In this document: piece by piece, positions 29,419-39,695 of the stretch | Layout of the letters: each line of letters begins with the position of its first letter | Numbering within the stretch: position 1 is the stretch's first letter | Position numbers and translations under genes: made by a program | Source: Planctomycetota bacterium | GTDB taxonomy: Bacteria > Planctomycetota > UBA8108 > UBA1146 | Assembly: GCA_036338595.1 (NCBI GenBank) | Contig: JAYZBV010000065.1 | Coordinates: 1 to 64,000, forward strand | Length of the DNA stretch: 64,000 nucleotides | Reading direction: 5' to 3' | The notes under the pieces: generated by a model | What the model was told of the DNA's origin: nothing | The model's input: only the letters and a program-made list of their open reading frames with translations | Database searches by the model: none

Positions 29419-30918
29419 ATGGTGAGTGAAGAAATCCTGCGCTTCGTTGACACGATTCATCGTGATCGACAAGTCGACAAAGAGGTGATCTTCACGGGCA
29501 TCGAGATGGCTCTTGTTTCCGCTGCCCAGAAACGCTTCGACCAGGAAGAAGGTATCGAGGTCCTCATAGATCGAGAAACAGGAGTCATCTCCGCGGTAAG
29601 AGACGGAGATGGGTTCGATCCTCGTGAGGCTCTTGGGCGCATTGCAGCGGGTGCTGGCAAGCAGGTTCTATTCCAGAAAATCCGTGAAGCAGAGCGTGAA
29701 GTCATCTTTCGCGAGTTCGCTGACCGTGTTGGCGAGATGATCAATGGTACCGTTGCCAGCCGCAAGGGCGGGGGCCTCGTCATCACATTGACCAATCGTG
29801 CAGAGGGATTCATGCCCAGGAGTGAGCAATCTCACCTCGAAGAATGGAACGAGGGAGATCGCATCAAGGTGGTTCTCAAGGAAGTGAACATGCAGCAGAC
29901 ACGCGTTCAGTTGCTGGTATCTCGAGCAGCTCCTGACCTCGTGCGCAGACTCTTCGAACAGGAAATCCCTGAGGTCGCGGATTTTGTCGTCGAAATCAAG
30001 GCCATAGCTCGAGAAGCTGGAAACAGGACCAAGATCGCAGTGGCGACTCTCGACTCCAACGTCGATTGTGTCGGTGCTTGCATCGGCATCAAGGGCTCCA
30101 GAATCCGAAATGTCACCGATGAACTCAACGGCGAAAAGATCGATGTCGTTCGCTGGAATGACTCCGTCGAGGTGCTGATTCCAGAGGCTCTCAAGCCAGC
30201 CGAGATCGCATCCATCGAACTCGATTACGAAACCAAGTGCGCCAACGTCTATGTGACAGAGGATCAACAATCTCTCGCCATCGGTCGCAGAGGTCAAAAC
30301 GTACGCCTCGCATCGAAGTTGTCCGAGTGGGAGCTGAACATCTGCGCCATCACAGAAGAAGCTCTGGCACGTCTACGCATCGAGGGAGCAGAGTCTCGAG
30401 CGGAGGAGATGTTCGGAGAGCGTCTCGCTCGTGTTGCAGGAGGCGATGGAGATGAACTGGTCGCGAATCCACTCGATCAGATCTTCGATGACCGTGAACC
30501 CTCAGCAGAAGAAATCGCTGCGGAGTACGGTGAGGGCGCAGTGGTCATGGGTCTGGAAGATCTTCCCGGTGTTACCGAAGAGATCGCGGATCGCCTGGTC
30601 GACTTGCAATACGACAGCACCGATGCGCTTCTCGAGGCAGGGATCGAGGGTCTTTCGCAGGTCGAAGGACTCGACACCCCTTCCGCCACCCTCATCATCG
30701 AGAAGATTCAGGAAATCATGGACAGCGTGGACGACGAGGAATTCGCTGCTGAAGACGCCAGCGTAGAGGTTGTCGAGGCTGAGGAAGTGGCAGCGGATGA
30801 AGCGGTTGTCGAGGCTGAGGTAGCCGAGACAGACGCAGTAGAGACAGACGCAGTAAAGACAGACGCAGTAGAGACAGGCGACCATGAAGTTGACGATACA
30901 AAGAAGGAAGTAGAGTAG
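29419..30918 (+). CDS. nusA: Transcription termination/antitermination factor NusA
   Basis: GRIAA..KQV..QKIREAER, S1 and KH domains (AREAG.RTKIAV, GACIG.KGSRI, AIGRRGQNVRLASKL), acidic C-terminus; GGAGAAGGAG RBS. Confidence 0.97.
   Translation: MVSEEILRFVDTIHRDRQVDKEVIFTGIEMALVSAAQKRFDQEEGIEVLIDRETGVISAVRDGDGFDPREALGRIAAGAGKQVLFQKIREAEREVIFREFADRVGEMINGTVASRKGGGLVITLTNRAEGFMPRSEQSHLEEWNEGDRIKVVLKEVNMQQTRVQLLVSRAAPDLVRRLFEQEIPEVADFVVEIKAIAREAGNRTKIAVATLDSNVDCVGACIGIKGSRIRNVTDELNGEKIDVVRWNDSVEVLIPEALKPAEIASIELDYETKCANVYVTEDQQSLAIGRRGQNVRLASKLSEWELNICAITEEALARLRIEGAESRAEEMFGERLARVAGGDGDELVANPLDQIFDDREPSAEEIAAEYGEGAVVMGLEDLPGVTEEIADRLVDLQYDSTDALLEAGIEGLSQVEGLDTPSATLIIEKIQEIMDSVDDEEFAAEDASVEVVEAEEVAADEAVVEAEVAETDAVETDAVKTDAVETGDHEVDDTKKEVE
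30826..30877 (+). repeat. 15-bp tandem repeat in the nusA 3' end (ETDAV x~3.5)
   Basis: GAGACAGACGCAGTA repeated in frame. Confidence 0.85.
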
Positions 30919-30978
30919 GTCTGACTCCATGTAGGGAGTGACCCACTTCACTGGGAAACTAAACAGGAGGCTGTTGCA

Positions 30979-33801
30979 TTGGGTGTGAGAATACACACGC
31001 TGGCGAAGGAACTTGGACTCAAGAGCAAGGACCTCATCGAACTGCTCGCCGCTCGCGGCATCCAGGTCAAAAACCACATGTCCTCGGTCGACGATGGCAT
31101 GGCGGCCCAACTTCGAATTACTAACATGCCGGACGAAGAACCGGAAGAAGTTGAAGTCGCCCAGGAGCCTGAACCAGAACCGCAGCCTGAACCAGAACCG
31201 CAGCCTGAACCAGAACCACAGCCTGAACCAGAACCTCAGGATCCGGTAGCCGAAGAAACGAAGGCGGATGAGACATCCGTTGTTGCGGATGCTCCTGAAG
31301 CTTCCGTGGATATCGAGGATCCTACACCGGTTGCTGAAACGCCTGCCGAAGAGACGACGCCTGCGGCTGAAATCTCCGATGTGGATAGCGTCACGGATGC
31401 AGACGAACCGGTTGCCAGCGAAGAGGCAGCCGAAGTCGAGAAGGCTCAATCTCAGGTAAAGAAACTGACAGAAGCGAACCTGGAAAAAATCTCCCCCACT
31501 CGCAAGAAGCCGACCACGATCGTCATGGCTCCCGGCTTTGGCGGCACGCCAAAGGTCCCCGAGACGCCAGTAGCACCTGTGGCCAGACCGCTCCCTTCCG
31601 GCAACTCGCCTTCGGCGAAACCGTCCAGAGGGCGACCGCTGATCATTCGCTCCAAAGCCCCTTCACGCCCCGCACCACCCGCTCGACCCGCAAGAAGAGG
31701 CTCACCAGCTCCTGGAGGTTCCTCGGCACCAGCAGCGAGAAGAGGTGGTGGTGGGTTCTCCGGCGGACCGGGCGGTGGACGTCCTCCCGGGCGCGGATCG
31801 TCACCTGGAGCCCCCGGTGGAGGAACGCCGCAGGGCGGCAAGAAGGTGATGGTTTTCCCCGGTGCCGATACCACCGGTGGGCCGCCACGTAGATCGGGCC
31901 CTCCAGGTCGAGGTGGCCCCGGCGGCAAGGGCAGAGGACGCCAAGGAGGAAGGCCACGCCGTCAGGAATCGGACTTCACCAGACGACGCCTCGAGCAGGA
32001 GATCATCCCGGATGACCTCCCGGAAACGATCACTCTTGAAGAACCTGCCAGCATCAAGGACCTCTCCCTGGCTCTCGGAATCAAGCAAACCGCGCTGCTC
32101 AAGAAACTGATGAACCATGGCATGCTCGCAAATGTCAATTCCCCTCTCAACGAGGAGATCACTGACGTCCTTTCCGTCGAGATCAATTGCGAAATCATCC
32201 TCGAAGCTCCGAAGGCGATGCACTCCTCTCTCGAAGAACTCGATCAGATCGAAGATTCAGATTCAGATCTGATCCTACGCGCACCTGTTGTGACTCTGAT
32301 GGGGCACGTGGACCATGGAAAAACAACATTGCTGGACAAGATCCGCGAGAGTGCCATAACAAAATCCGAAGCCGGTGGCATCACCCAGCACATGAGTGCT
32401 TACAGGGTCGATAAGGGAGACGCCCATGTTGTATTCGTGGACACTCCTGGACACCGCGCCTTCACCAGCATGAGGGCCAGAGGTGCGAATGTCACCGATG
32501 TCGTGGTTCTGGTCGTGGCTGCAGATGACGGCCCGATGCCGCAGACAGAAGAAGCCATCGAGCACGCCAAGGCTGCAGGTGTTCCCATCGTCGTGGCGAT
32601 CAACAAGATCGACCGCGAAGGAGCCAGTATCGACAAGGTCAAGGCCAAGCTTGCGGAACTGGATCTTTCCCCCGTCGAATGGGGAGGCTCTACCGAAATG
32701 ATTCCGGTATCCGGTATCACGGGCGAGGGTGTCGACCAGTTACTCGAGCAACTCTCTCTCGAATCCGAGATTCTTGAACTGAAGGCGAACCCTAACAAGA
32801 ATGCCATCGGCACTGTACTGGATTCCCGTGCATCGACCGGTCAGGGCAATGTGATCACCGCTCTGATCCAGGATGGCACCCTGCGTCGAGGCGATACCGT
32901 GGTCTGTGGCCCAGCACACGGCAAGATCAAGACACTCAAATCTACAGCAGGTGAAAACCTCGATGCGGCTCCTCCTGCGACACCGGTGGAGATCACTGGT
33001 CTCAACGATCTGCCTGAAGCGGGCGATCGACTGTATGCCCTCGAAGATGCAGCAAAAGCGCGGAAGATCGCAGAGGAACGCCAGGAAGCGAAGGCCAAGG
33101 CGGATCGGGCAGAACGCCAGAAGGTCACCCTCGAGGGTCTGTTCGACAAGATCGATGAGGCGAAGACGCGCGAAATCAAGGTCGTGCTCAAGTCCGACGT
33201 GAAGGGAACCCTGGATGTTCTCAAGTCGGAACTCTCGTCGATGCGCACCTCGGAGGTGGCCATCCGGGTGATCCGCGCAGGAGTGGGAGAGATCTCGGAA
33301 TCTGACATTCTTCTGGCCGACGCATCGAAGGCGATCGTCATCGGGTTCCATGTTTCCGCATCCGACAAGGCGAGATCGGAAGCGGATGCACAAGGTGTCG
33401 AGATCCGTACATATACTGTGATCTACGAGATTATCGATGACCTGAGGACCGCGCTCGAAGGGATGCTGTCTCCAGATATCGCCGAAGAGGTACAAGGGAC
33501 GGTCGAGATCCAGGCGATCTTCAAATCCACAAAACTCGGTAACATTGCGGGCTGCATCGGTCGCAGTGGCGTCATGACGAGAGACGACAAGGTGCGCCTG
33601 ATTCGTGATGGAGTCATGGTCCACGAAGGCAGCCTCGCTTCCCTACGCAGGGAAAAAGACGATGTAAAAGAAATCCGCGAGGGCTTCGAGTGTGGAGTGG
33701 TGATAGATGGCTATAGCGATATCGCAGTAGGCGATGTCATCGAGAGCATCAAAGTCATCAAGACCAGTCGAAAACTCGACGAGTCGGAAGCGCGTTCGTG
33801 A
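30979..33801 (+). CDS. infB: Translation initiation factor IF-2
   Basis: TTG start after AGGAGG; RIHTLAKEL, GHVDHGKT, GGITQH, DTPGH, NKID, EGFECG. Confidence 0.98.
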   Translation: MGVRIHTLAKELGLKSKDLIELLAARGIQVKNHMSSVDDGMAAQLRITNMPDEEPEEVEVAQEPEPEPQPEPEPQPEPEPQPEPEPQDPVAEETKADETSVVADAPEASVDIEDPTPVAETPAEETTPAAEISDVDSVTDADEPVASEEAAEVEKAQSQVKKLTEANLEKISPTRKKPTTIVMAPGFGGTPKVPETPVAPVARPLPSGNSPSAKPSRGRPLIIRSKAPSRPAPPARPARRGSPAPGGSSAPAARRGGGGFSGGPGGGRPPGRGSSPGAPGGGTPQGGKKVMVFPGADTTGGPPRRSGPPGRGGPGGKGRGRQGGRPRRQESDFTRRRLEQEIIPDDLPETITLEEPASIKDLSLALGIKQTALLKKLMNHGMLANVNSPLNEEITDVLSVEINCEIILEAPKAMHSSLEELDQIEDSDSDLILRAPVVTLMGHVDHGKTTLLDKIRESAITKSEAGGITQHMSAYRVDKGDAHVVFVDTPGHRAFTSMRARGANVTDVVVLVVAADDGPMPQTEEAIEHAKAAGVPIVVAINKIDREGASIDKVKAKLAELDLSPVEWGGSTEMIPVSGITGEGVDQLLEQLSLESEILELKANPNKNAIGTVLDSRASTGQGNVITALIQDGTLRRGDTVVCGPAHGKIKTLKSTAGENLDAAPPATPVEITGLNDLPEAGDRLYALEDAAKARKIAEERQEAKAKADRAERQKVTLEGLFDKIDEAKTREIKVVLKSDVKGTLDVLKSELSSMRTSEVAIRVIRAGVGEISESDILLADASKAIVIGFHVSASDKARSEADAQGVEIRTYTVIYEIIDDLRTALEGMLSPDIAEEVQGTVEIQAIFKSTKLGNIAGCIGRSGVMTRDDKVRLIRDGVMVHEGSLASLRREKDDVKEIREGFECGVVIDGYSDIAVGDVIESIKVIKTSRKLDESEARS
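31165..31239 (+). repeat. 18-bp tandem repeat in infB (QPEPEP x4)
   Basis: (C/G)AGCCTGAACCAGAACCN, four copies in frame. Confidence 0.85.
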
Positions 33802-33806
33802 TCTAG

Positions 33807-34235
33807 ATGAAACCGATTCGCCTTGCTCGCATCGCCAGCCAGTTGCGTGAAGAAATTTCTCGAATCATCCAGTTCGATCTCAAGGACCCGAGGATTGGAT
33901 CACTCACGGTACTGGCAGTCCAGCCGACCGAGGACCTCAAGGAGTGCAAGGTCTTCGTGTCCATCCTGGGTGATGAGGCGAATCAGCGCACTTCTCTCAG
34001 AGGGCTTGAGGCTGCACGCGGCAAGATCCAGTCGCTCCTCAGCACCCAGATCCAGCTGAGGGAAACGCCAATTCTACGCTTCGAACTGGACGAAAGTCAG
34101 CAGCGGACACAGGCCATCGAAGAGATCATTCGCGCCGCCAGGGAAGAGGATGAACTCGCGGCTCTGGAACGTGAAAAACGGGGTACACCCGCCGAGACCG
34201 GGCCAGACCCGGACGAGGACCTGGCAACGAGTTAG
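33807..34235 (+). CDS. rbfA: Ribosome-binding factor A
   Basis: RLARIA..LREEIS, KDPRIG, LRETPILRFELD; follows infB. Confidence 0.95.
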   Translation: MKPIRLARIASQLREEISRIIQFDLKDPRIGSLTVLAVQPTEDLKECKVFVSILGDEANQRTSLRGLEAARGKIQSLLSTQIQLRETPILRFELDESQQRTQAIEEIIRAAREEDELAALEREKRGTPAETGPDPDEDLATS

Positions 34236-35656
34236 TGTCGCTCTCTGCCCTCGTAGTTTCCCTGCTCTACAACTACCAGTCGATCCCGACCCGCTCTCTT
34301 GGCCTGATACAGTGCGGTATCCGCCTCATCGAGAAGTTCGTCTGCAGAGATCCCATCACGCAATACCGTGACTCCAACAGATAGCGACAGGTTCGATGCT
34401 TCGCGCGCACGGCCACCGAGAAACTCATACTTCCGGAACTGGTCGATAAGAGCTCGTCCCTTTTGCTCCATATCTCTCAGATGGGAACCTGGCATCAGAA
34501 TCACGAACTCATCTCCTCCGTATCGACAGACATGATCACTTTCTCGAAAAAACTCGACCAGCAGTGCAGAGATCTCTTTCAGCAACTCGTCGCCAACCAT
34601 GTGGCCGAGAACATCGTTGATACCCTTGAAACCATCGAGGTCTGCAAACAGTAGCCCCAGCTCTCCGCCTTCGCGCCGGGCCCTGTGGACCTCTTTCTCC
34701 AGTTGAGATCCGAGGTATAGACGATTCGCAATCCCTGTCAGTGGATCCAGCAATGCTTGCTTCTCCAGCTGGTCATGTAATCGCAAGTTTTGAAGCGTCA
34801 GTGCGAGGATTTCCCCGATGGTACCAAGCACCTCTTCGTGCCAGTCCTTGAGAAGTGGAGCCTCTTCGAGCAGTTTCACTTCTCTCTGGTCTATTGTCAG
34901 TTCCAACATGCCGCAGGGGGATTCACTCCCTACAGCCAACGGAAGCCTGCGGAACCCTGGATCATCCTTCTCGGCGATACGGGATCGATTCATCAGGTCC
35001 GGATCGCTACACCAGGCGATCTGCTTCTCTCCATCCTTGTAACTCCACAGGCGCACATTTCTGTAACCAAGTCCCTCGGAGCAAAGTAGAGTTCCTGCCC
35101 TACAGAAGAAATCAACCTCGTCTCGAACGCCGATCAACAGCGTTGACAACCTGGGTGCCGTGCGTATCTTCTCTGTCAGTTGAAAGATCCTGAGAGATGT
35201 TCGGACAGCATCGCAGGCACGCCGACGTTGCTCCTCCATCTCTCTTTCTAGCCCGACCCCACTCTCTTCCAAAATCCTCAGGCGATAAACCCAGCGTTCA
35301 TCTCCGCGAGGGCTCACTCGGCGTCCACCCACCACCGCAACGGGTCGCCAGTCATCACCGTGGCGAATCCTCAGCAAGATAGCATCGGGTTCGGATTCCC
35401 CATCTCCTCCGAGCGACAGCAAACGGTGATGGTCCTCCTCGTGGAACCAACCAGTCAGCTCGCAATCTCTCAGTTCCTCTGCCTCACTGCAGGAGATCAG
35501 ATCGAGGAACGCCCTGTTGATTGCAATCACCTTGCGATGAGGCCCCCGGGCCACGATCAAGGGATCAGGAAACAGATCGAGCAGCAATCGAGACTCCCCG
35601 GGGTCAGGGGGTAATGGCCACTCACCGGGCCTTTTCGAAAGCAGAGCGCGGGACAT
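34232..35656 (-). CDS. PAS-containing diguanylate cyclase
   Basis: PAS-like N-terminus; DPLTGIANR, DLDGFKGIND..GH..GD, I-site RESD, intact RYGGDEF, ADTALYQAK. Start uncertain (ORF open to 35728). Confidence 0.9.
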   Translation of the reverse strand: MSRALLSKRPGEWPLPPDPGESRLLLDLFPDPLIVARGPHRKVIAINRAFLDLISCSEAEELRDCELTGWFHEEDHHRLLSLGGDGESEPDAILLRIRHGDDWRPVAVVGGRRVSPRGDERWVYRLRILEESGVGLEREMEEQRRRACDAVRTSLRIFQLTEKIRTAPRLSTLLIGVRDEVDFFCRAGTLLCSEGLGYRNVRLWSYKDGEKQIAWCSDPDLMNRSRIAEKDDPGFRRLPLAVGSESPCGMLELTIDQREVKLLEEAPLLKDWHEEVLGTIGEILALTLQNLRLHDQLEKQALLDPLTGIANRLYLGSQLEKEVHRARREGGELGLLFADLDGFKGINDVLGHMVGDELLKEISALLVEFFRESDHVCRYGGDEFVILMPGSHLRDMEQKGRALIDQFRKYEFLGGRAREASNLSLSVGVTVLRDGISADELLDEADTALYQAKRAGRDRLVVVEQGNYEGRERH

Positions 35657-35811
35657 ACAGACCAACTTCCAGAATTCCTGTGTGCAGGCTCGAAGAGGTC
35701 CCGCAGATAAGAATAACATGGAGTCCACGAACGGACCCGCCGGGTGGCATGATCGGCGGTGCTCTGATACCGTTTCTCATGGCTTCAGCGGCGCTTAGGG
35801 AGGATCAGATC

Positions 35812-36642
35812 TTGCTCGAGGTATTGCAGGAAGCTGTCCAGATACTGGAGACTGGCCAGAGGGCAGCCATCGCCACCATTGTTTCCACGACCGGATCGAC
35901 CCCCGGAAAAGATGGTGCCAAGATGCTGGTCCGCGAGGATGGGTCCGCGGTCGGTACCGTGGGAGGAGGCTGCACGGAGTCAGATATCTGGCGGCTGTGC
36001 ATGGAAGTGATTTCGAACGGAATACCGAGGCGAGAGTCCTTTCGGCTCACAGCAGCCACGGTTGCGGAGACTGGTCTACTTTGCGGAGGAGAGTTTGAAG
36101 TGTACATCGAGCCGATAGGATCCCCATGGGTGATCATTCTCGGAGGAGGCCACATCGCTGGTGCCCTGTGCGAGGTACTGGCCACATTGCAATGGCGAAT
36201 CACCGTGATCGATGATCGGGCAGATTTCGCCGACCCGAAGAGGTTCCCTGCTGCCAGTGAGGTACATTGCCGACCATTCGAATCGTGCACCGACGGGCTG
36301 AATCTCTCCCCGAATGCCTGCGTCGTCATCGCCACTCGAGGTCACCAGCACGATGAGCTCGCACTCTCCAAGGCTCTGGATAGTTCAGCCGGATATATTG
36401 GACTGATCGGTAGCCGCGGAAAGATCGGCGCCATCCTCAAGAATCTCCGCTCCAGGGGAGCGGAAGCGAGCATCACCGAGCGAGTGAGGGCTCCGATTGG
36501 CATTCCCATCGGGTCTCGCTCCCCGGAAGAAATCGCCATCTCCATCGCCGCCGAGTTGATCTGTTACCACCGGAAACCGGAGACCCGAGGGACCCACGGA
36601 ACTGCTGCAGCCAACCTGCCGGCCCGGGAAACCCAGGATTGA
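35812..36642 (+). CDS. XdhC/CoxF-family molybdoenzyme accessory protein
   Basis: GSTPGK.GAKM, GTVGGGC.E, GLLCGG, GGGHIA, DDR, TRGH.HD, YIGLIGSR, PIG..IG..SPEEIAISI; TTG start after GGGAGG. Confidence 0.92.
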   Translation: MLEVLQEAVQILETGQRAAIATIVSTTGSTPGKDGAKMLVREDGSAVGTVGGGCTESDIWRLCMEVISNGIPRRESFRLTAATVAETGLLCGGEFEVYIEPIGSPWVIILGGGHIAGALCEVLATLQWRITVIDDRADFADPKRFPAASEVHCRPFESCTDGLNLSPNACVVIATRGHQHDELALSKALDSSAGYIGLIGSRGKIGAILKNLRSRGAEASITERVRAPIGIPIGSRSPEEIAISIAAELICYHRKPETRGTHGTAAANLPARETQD

Positions 36643-36655
36643 GGGCTGACGCGCG

Positions 36656-36684
36656 TTGCCCCCCTCCAATCCCGCAGATAGAAT
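36656..36684 (+). promoter_or_regulatory. Putative sigma70 promoter for the H1-like fusion gene and yebC
   Basis: TTGCCC-N17-TAGAAT. Confidence 0.55.
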
Positions 36685-36846
36685 CCCGAGTCGTGGAAAT
36701 CGTGATCCAGACTGAGCCTCAAATAATTGATCCACCCAGCCGGGTGGGCGTGCGGCCGCTCTCGATATGATCCAGTTCGCCCCGACGCTGCTGCTCGGTT
36801 CTTCAACTCGAAGCAGCGATGGGATCCGGTCCCGGAAGGAATCCTG

Positions 36847-38148
36847 ATGTTGGCACAAACAGCACCTGGCAGCAAAAACACCGCTGGGGGCAATAGTACA
36901 AATTCACGGCCCAAGGCCTCCCTGACTGAAATCGTCACAAATGCCTACAAGGAGCACGGTTCGCTGAGAGACATCGAGGAGATCGATGTTCTGGAGACCG
37001 TGATCCTCGGAGCACTCTCTGCTTCGATGCCTCTGGCGGATGTCCTCAAGTGCTGGAGTGAATTTCGGACAGAGTTCGTGGATTGGAACGAAGTCCGCAT
37101 CTCCTCAGCTGCAGAAGTCGCGGCTACATTCCCGGGGGCCAAGGATCCCATTCTGCTGGCGATGCAACTGAAAGAAATGTTGCAGGTCGTCTTTGAGCGT
37201 CGCCACATGCTCAGTCTCGAGTTCCTGCGCGAGAATACCATCGCTGAAACCAAGGAGTTCTTCAAACGATCACCAGCGCTTCCTGATCTCGCCCGCCAGT
37301 TGGTGCTTTCCTACATCAAATTTCAGCCTCATGTGCCCCTTGAATCCTGGGCGCAAGGAGGCTTGATCCGTGCCGGCCTCCTCAAGTCCTCCGTATCATC
37401 GGTCCAACGACAGCGGCAACTGTTTGATCAACTCGAGGGGATTCCTCTGCTTCATGCAGTCCTCGCTCTTCACGAGGAGGCGCGTCTGCACCCGGATCCT
37501 GCCGTTGAGGCAGCCGCTCGCAAGAAAGCGGCCCAGGCCAAGGAGGCGGCGCTGAAAGCAGCCAAAGCAGCAAAGGCTGCAGCCAAGGAAGCCCGGGACA
37601 GAGCGGCCAAGGAAGCCAGGGAGATGGCCGCGAAGAAGAAGGCCGCCGAGAAGGCTGCCGAGAAAGCCGCCAGGGATAAACTCGCCAGGATTAAAGCGGC
37701 ACAGAAGAGAGCCGCACAGAAGAAGGCCGCACAGAAAAAGGCCGCACAGAAGAAAGTCGCACAGCAGAAGGCCGCTCAGCAGAAGGCCGCTCAGAAGAAG
37801 GCCGCGCAGAAGAAGGCCGCTCAGAAGAAGGCCGCGCAGAAGAAAGCCGCGCAGAAGAAGGCCGCACAGAAAAAAGTCGCACAGCAGAAGGCCGCGCAGA
37901 AGAAGGCCGCGCAGAAGAAAGCCTCGAAGAAGGCGGTAAAGAAGAAGCCCTCGAAGAAGGCGGTAAAGAAGAAGCCCTCGAAGAAAGCGGTAAAGAAGAA
38001 GCCCTCGAAGAAAGCGGTAAAGAAGAAGCCCTCGAAGAAGGCGACAAAGAAGAAGCCCTCGAAGAAGGCGACGAAGAAGAAGCCCTCGAAGAAGGCGACA
38101 AAGAAGAAGCCCTCGAAGAAAACCGCCAGGAAGAGTCGAAAAAAATAG
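36847..38148 (+). CDS. Degenerate HhH-GPD/endonuclease-III-like domain fused to a histone-H1-like Lys/Ala tail
   Basis: F.DWNEVRIS..E helical domain; about 210 aa of K/A-rich C-terminus; ATG after GGAAGGA. Confidence 0.75.
   Translation: MLAQTAPGSKNTAGGNSTNSRPKASLTEIVTNAYKEHGSLRDIEEIDVLETVILGALSASMPLADVLKCWSEFRTEFVDWNEVRISSAAEVAATFPGAKDPILLAMQLKEMLQVVFERRHMLSLEFLRENTIAETKEFFKRSPALPDLARQLVLSYIKFQPHVPLESWAQGGLIRAGLLKSSVSSVQRQRQLFDQLEGIPLLHAVLALHEEARLHPDPAVEAAARKKAAQAKEAALKAAKAAKAAAKEARDRAAKEAREMAAKKKAAEKAAEKAARDKLARIKAAQKRAAQKKAAQKKAAQKKVAQQKAAQQKAAQKKAAQKKAAQKKAAQKKAAQKKAAQKKVAQQKAAQKKAAQKKASKKAVKKKPSKKAVKKKPSKKAVKKKPSKKAVKKKPSKKATKKKPSKKATKKKPSKKATKKKPSKKTARKSRKK
37696..38121 (+). repeat. 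Coding tandem repeats: 15x15 bp (AAQKK) then 7x27 bp (PSKKA[V/T]KKK)
   Basis: GCCGCNCAGAAGAAG units at 37696-37920; CCCTCGAAGAAGGCG(GTA/ACA)AAGAAGAAG units at 37921-38109 plus a partial unit. Confidence 0.95.
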
Positions 38149-38213
38149 AGCATTGCAGAGGTGGCCCAACTCGCGCTGGGTGGCCCATCGACCGACTTCG
38201 AAAGGAGACTCTC

Positions 38214-38966
38214 TTGGCAGGACATTCAAAATGGGCAGGGATCAAGCACAAGAAGGCTGCCAACGACGCCAAACGCGGGAAAGTATTCAGCAAACTGGCC
38301 AAACTGATCACGGTTGCTTCCCGAGATGGCGGTGGAGACACCTCTCAGAATCCACATCTCAAGTTGGTTGTCGACAAGGCCAAGGCCGCCAACATGCCCA
38401 ACGACAACATCGCTCGGGCCATCAAGAAGGGCACTGGTGAACTCGGGTCAGTCTCCTTCTTTGAACTTGTATATGAGGGCTACGCACCTTCCCAGATCGC
38501 ACTGGTCATCGACATCTTGACCGACAACAAGAACCGAACCGCCAGTGAACTCAGAAAACTCTTCGACAAGAAAGGTGGAACCCTGGGCAGCCCTGGTTCC
38601 GTATCCTGGAATTTTGAAACAAAAGGAGTGATCGAACTCTCGGCAGATTCGATCGGCGAGGAAGAACTGATGGACCTTGCCATCGAGGCGGGGGCCGAAG
38701 ATGTGAAGATGGAGGACGACCATCATCAGGTGCTTTGCTCTCCAACTTCATTCAGCGATGTGCAGCAGGCGATCTCTGCCGCTGACTTGACTCCGACATA
38801 TGCAGAAGTGACGCGGCTACCAAAGGAAACAGTCACTCTAGATGATGAGAAAAAAGCAGCCAAGGTATTGAATTTCATCGCAGAGGTTGAAGATCACGAC
38901 GATGTTCAGAAGGTCAGTTCCAATCTGGAACTCCCCCCTGAACTGTTCGATAAACTCAATTCGTGA
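38214..38966 (+). CDS. yebC: YebC/PmpR-family protein
   Basis: MAGHSKW..IKHKK, NMP.DNI.RAIKK, YEGY, TDNKNRT, DDVQKV; TTG start after AAAGGAG. Confidence 0.96.
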   Translation: MAGHSKWAGIKHKKAANDAKRGKVFSKLAKLITVASRDGGGDTSQNPHLKLVVDKAKAANMPNDNIARAIKKGTGELGSVSFFELVYEGYAPSQIALVIDILTDNKNRTASELRKLFDKKGGTLGSPGSVSWNFETKGVIELSADSIGEEELMDLAIEAGAEDVKMEDDHHQVLCSPTSFSDVQQAISAADLTPTYAEVTRLPKETVTLDDEKKAAKVLNFIAEVEDHDDVQKVSSNLELPPELFDKLNS

Positions 38967-38975
38967 TTCAACAGT

Positions 38976-39473
38976 TCAGTTATTGTTCTCATCTGCGCGC
39001 TGGAAGAAGAAGTCTCGGAAATCCCGGATCGGCGTTCTTTCAGTGAAAGACTCGTCCAGCTCATGCCAGTATCGGACTTCCTCATCACCGGGTCTCCAGC
39101 ACAAGAATACTTTCCTGCCGACATACAGTGTCGGGAAGTTGATCACTCCCCTCTTGAATTCCTGCACGAAACAACCCAGATCTTCAACTTCACGGATGTA
39201 TCCATTGATGCGATCGATGAGCAGGTTCAACTCCAGTTTCAGATCCTGTGCATCCACCGCAACAGAAGCCTCATCGACTCGAATCGGGTTCTTTTCAAGG
39301 CACTCCAGTTCGGTGCGCTTCTGTATGATCCCATCCCAGACATCCACAATATCGGACACTACTCTCTCCAGAAGTGGCAACATCTTGTTGGCGTCATCGA
39401 CGGTAACCAGACGACTCTGTGCCTGGGTGCTACTGGTACGGCGCATCGATCTCTCCATTTCAACCGGGTTCAT
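38976..39473 (-). CDS. DUF2203-family protein
   Basis: TV.DAN.MLPLL..VV, G....GVINFP....GR.VFLCWRPG...V.YWH; start uncertain. Confidence 0.8.
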   Translation of the reverse strand: MNPVEMERSMRRTSSTQAQSRLVTVDDANKMLPLLERVVSDIVDVWDGIIQKRTELECLEKNPIRVDEASVAVDAQDLKLELNLLIDRINGYIREVEDLGCFVQEFKRGVINFPTLYVGRKVFLCWRPGDEEVRYWHELDESFTERTPIRDFRDFFFQRADENNN

Positions 39474-39695
39474 GTTCTCCAGGAGAAGTGGCAAGCTGCG
39501 TGCCCGAGTGAAATGGGGCTCTGATTCACCCCCCGCCCCCCTACCTCAGCGACGACAGTTCCGATCCGGACCCCACTGTCCAGCGGTTGGACGGGTCCAT
39601 CGGTTGACTTCGCCCGCCATGGACTCGATAACTCCCCTTCAGGGGAATGAGCACCGGTCCCGCCCTCTTGGGATCCACCATCGAGATCGGGAGTT

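Noticed and set aside
37696..38121. Tandem repeats as a CRISPR array
   Set aside because: The units are contiguous and in frame with no unique spacers, and there are no cas genes. The same applies to the nusA and infB repeats.
37396..38341. Long minus-strand ORFs rich in LLLR, SSAR or AFF repeats
   Set aside because: These are antisense shadows of the Lys/Ala tandem repeats in the plus-strand gene.
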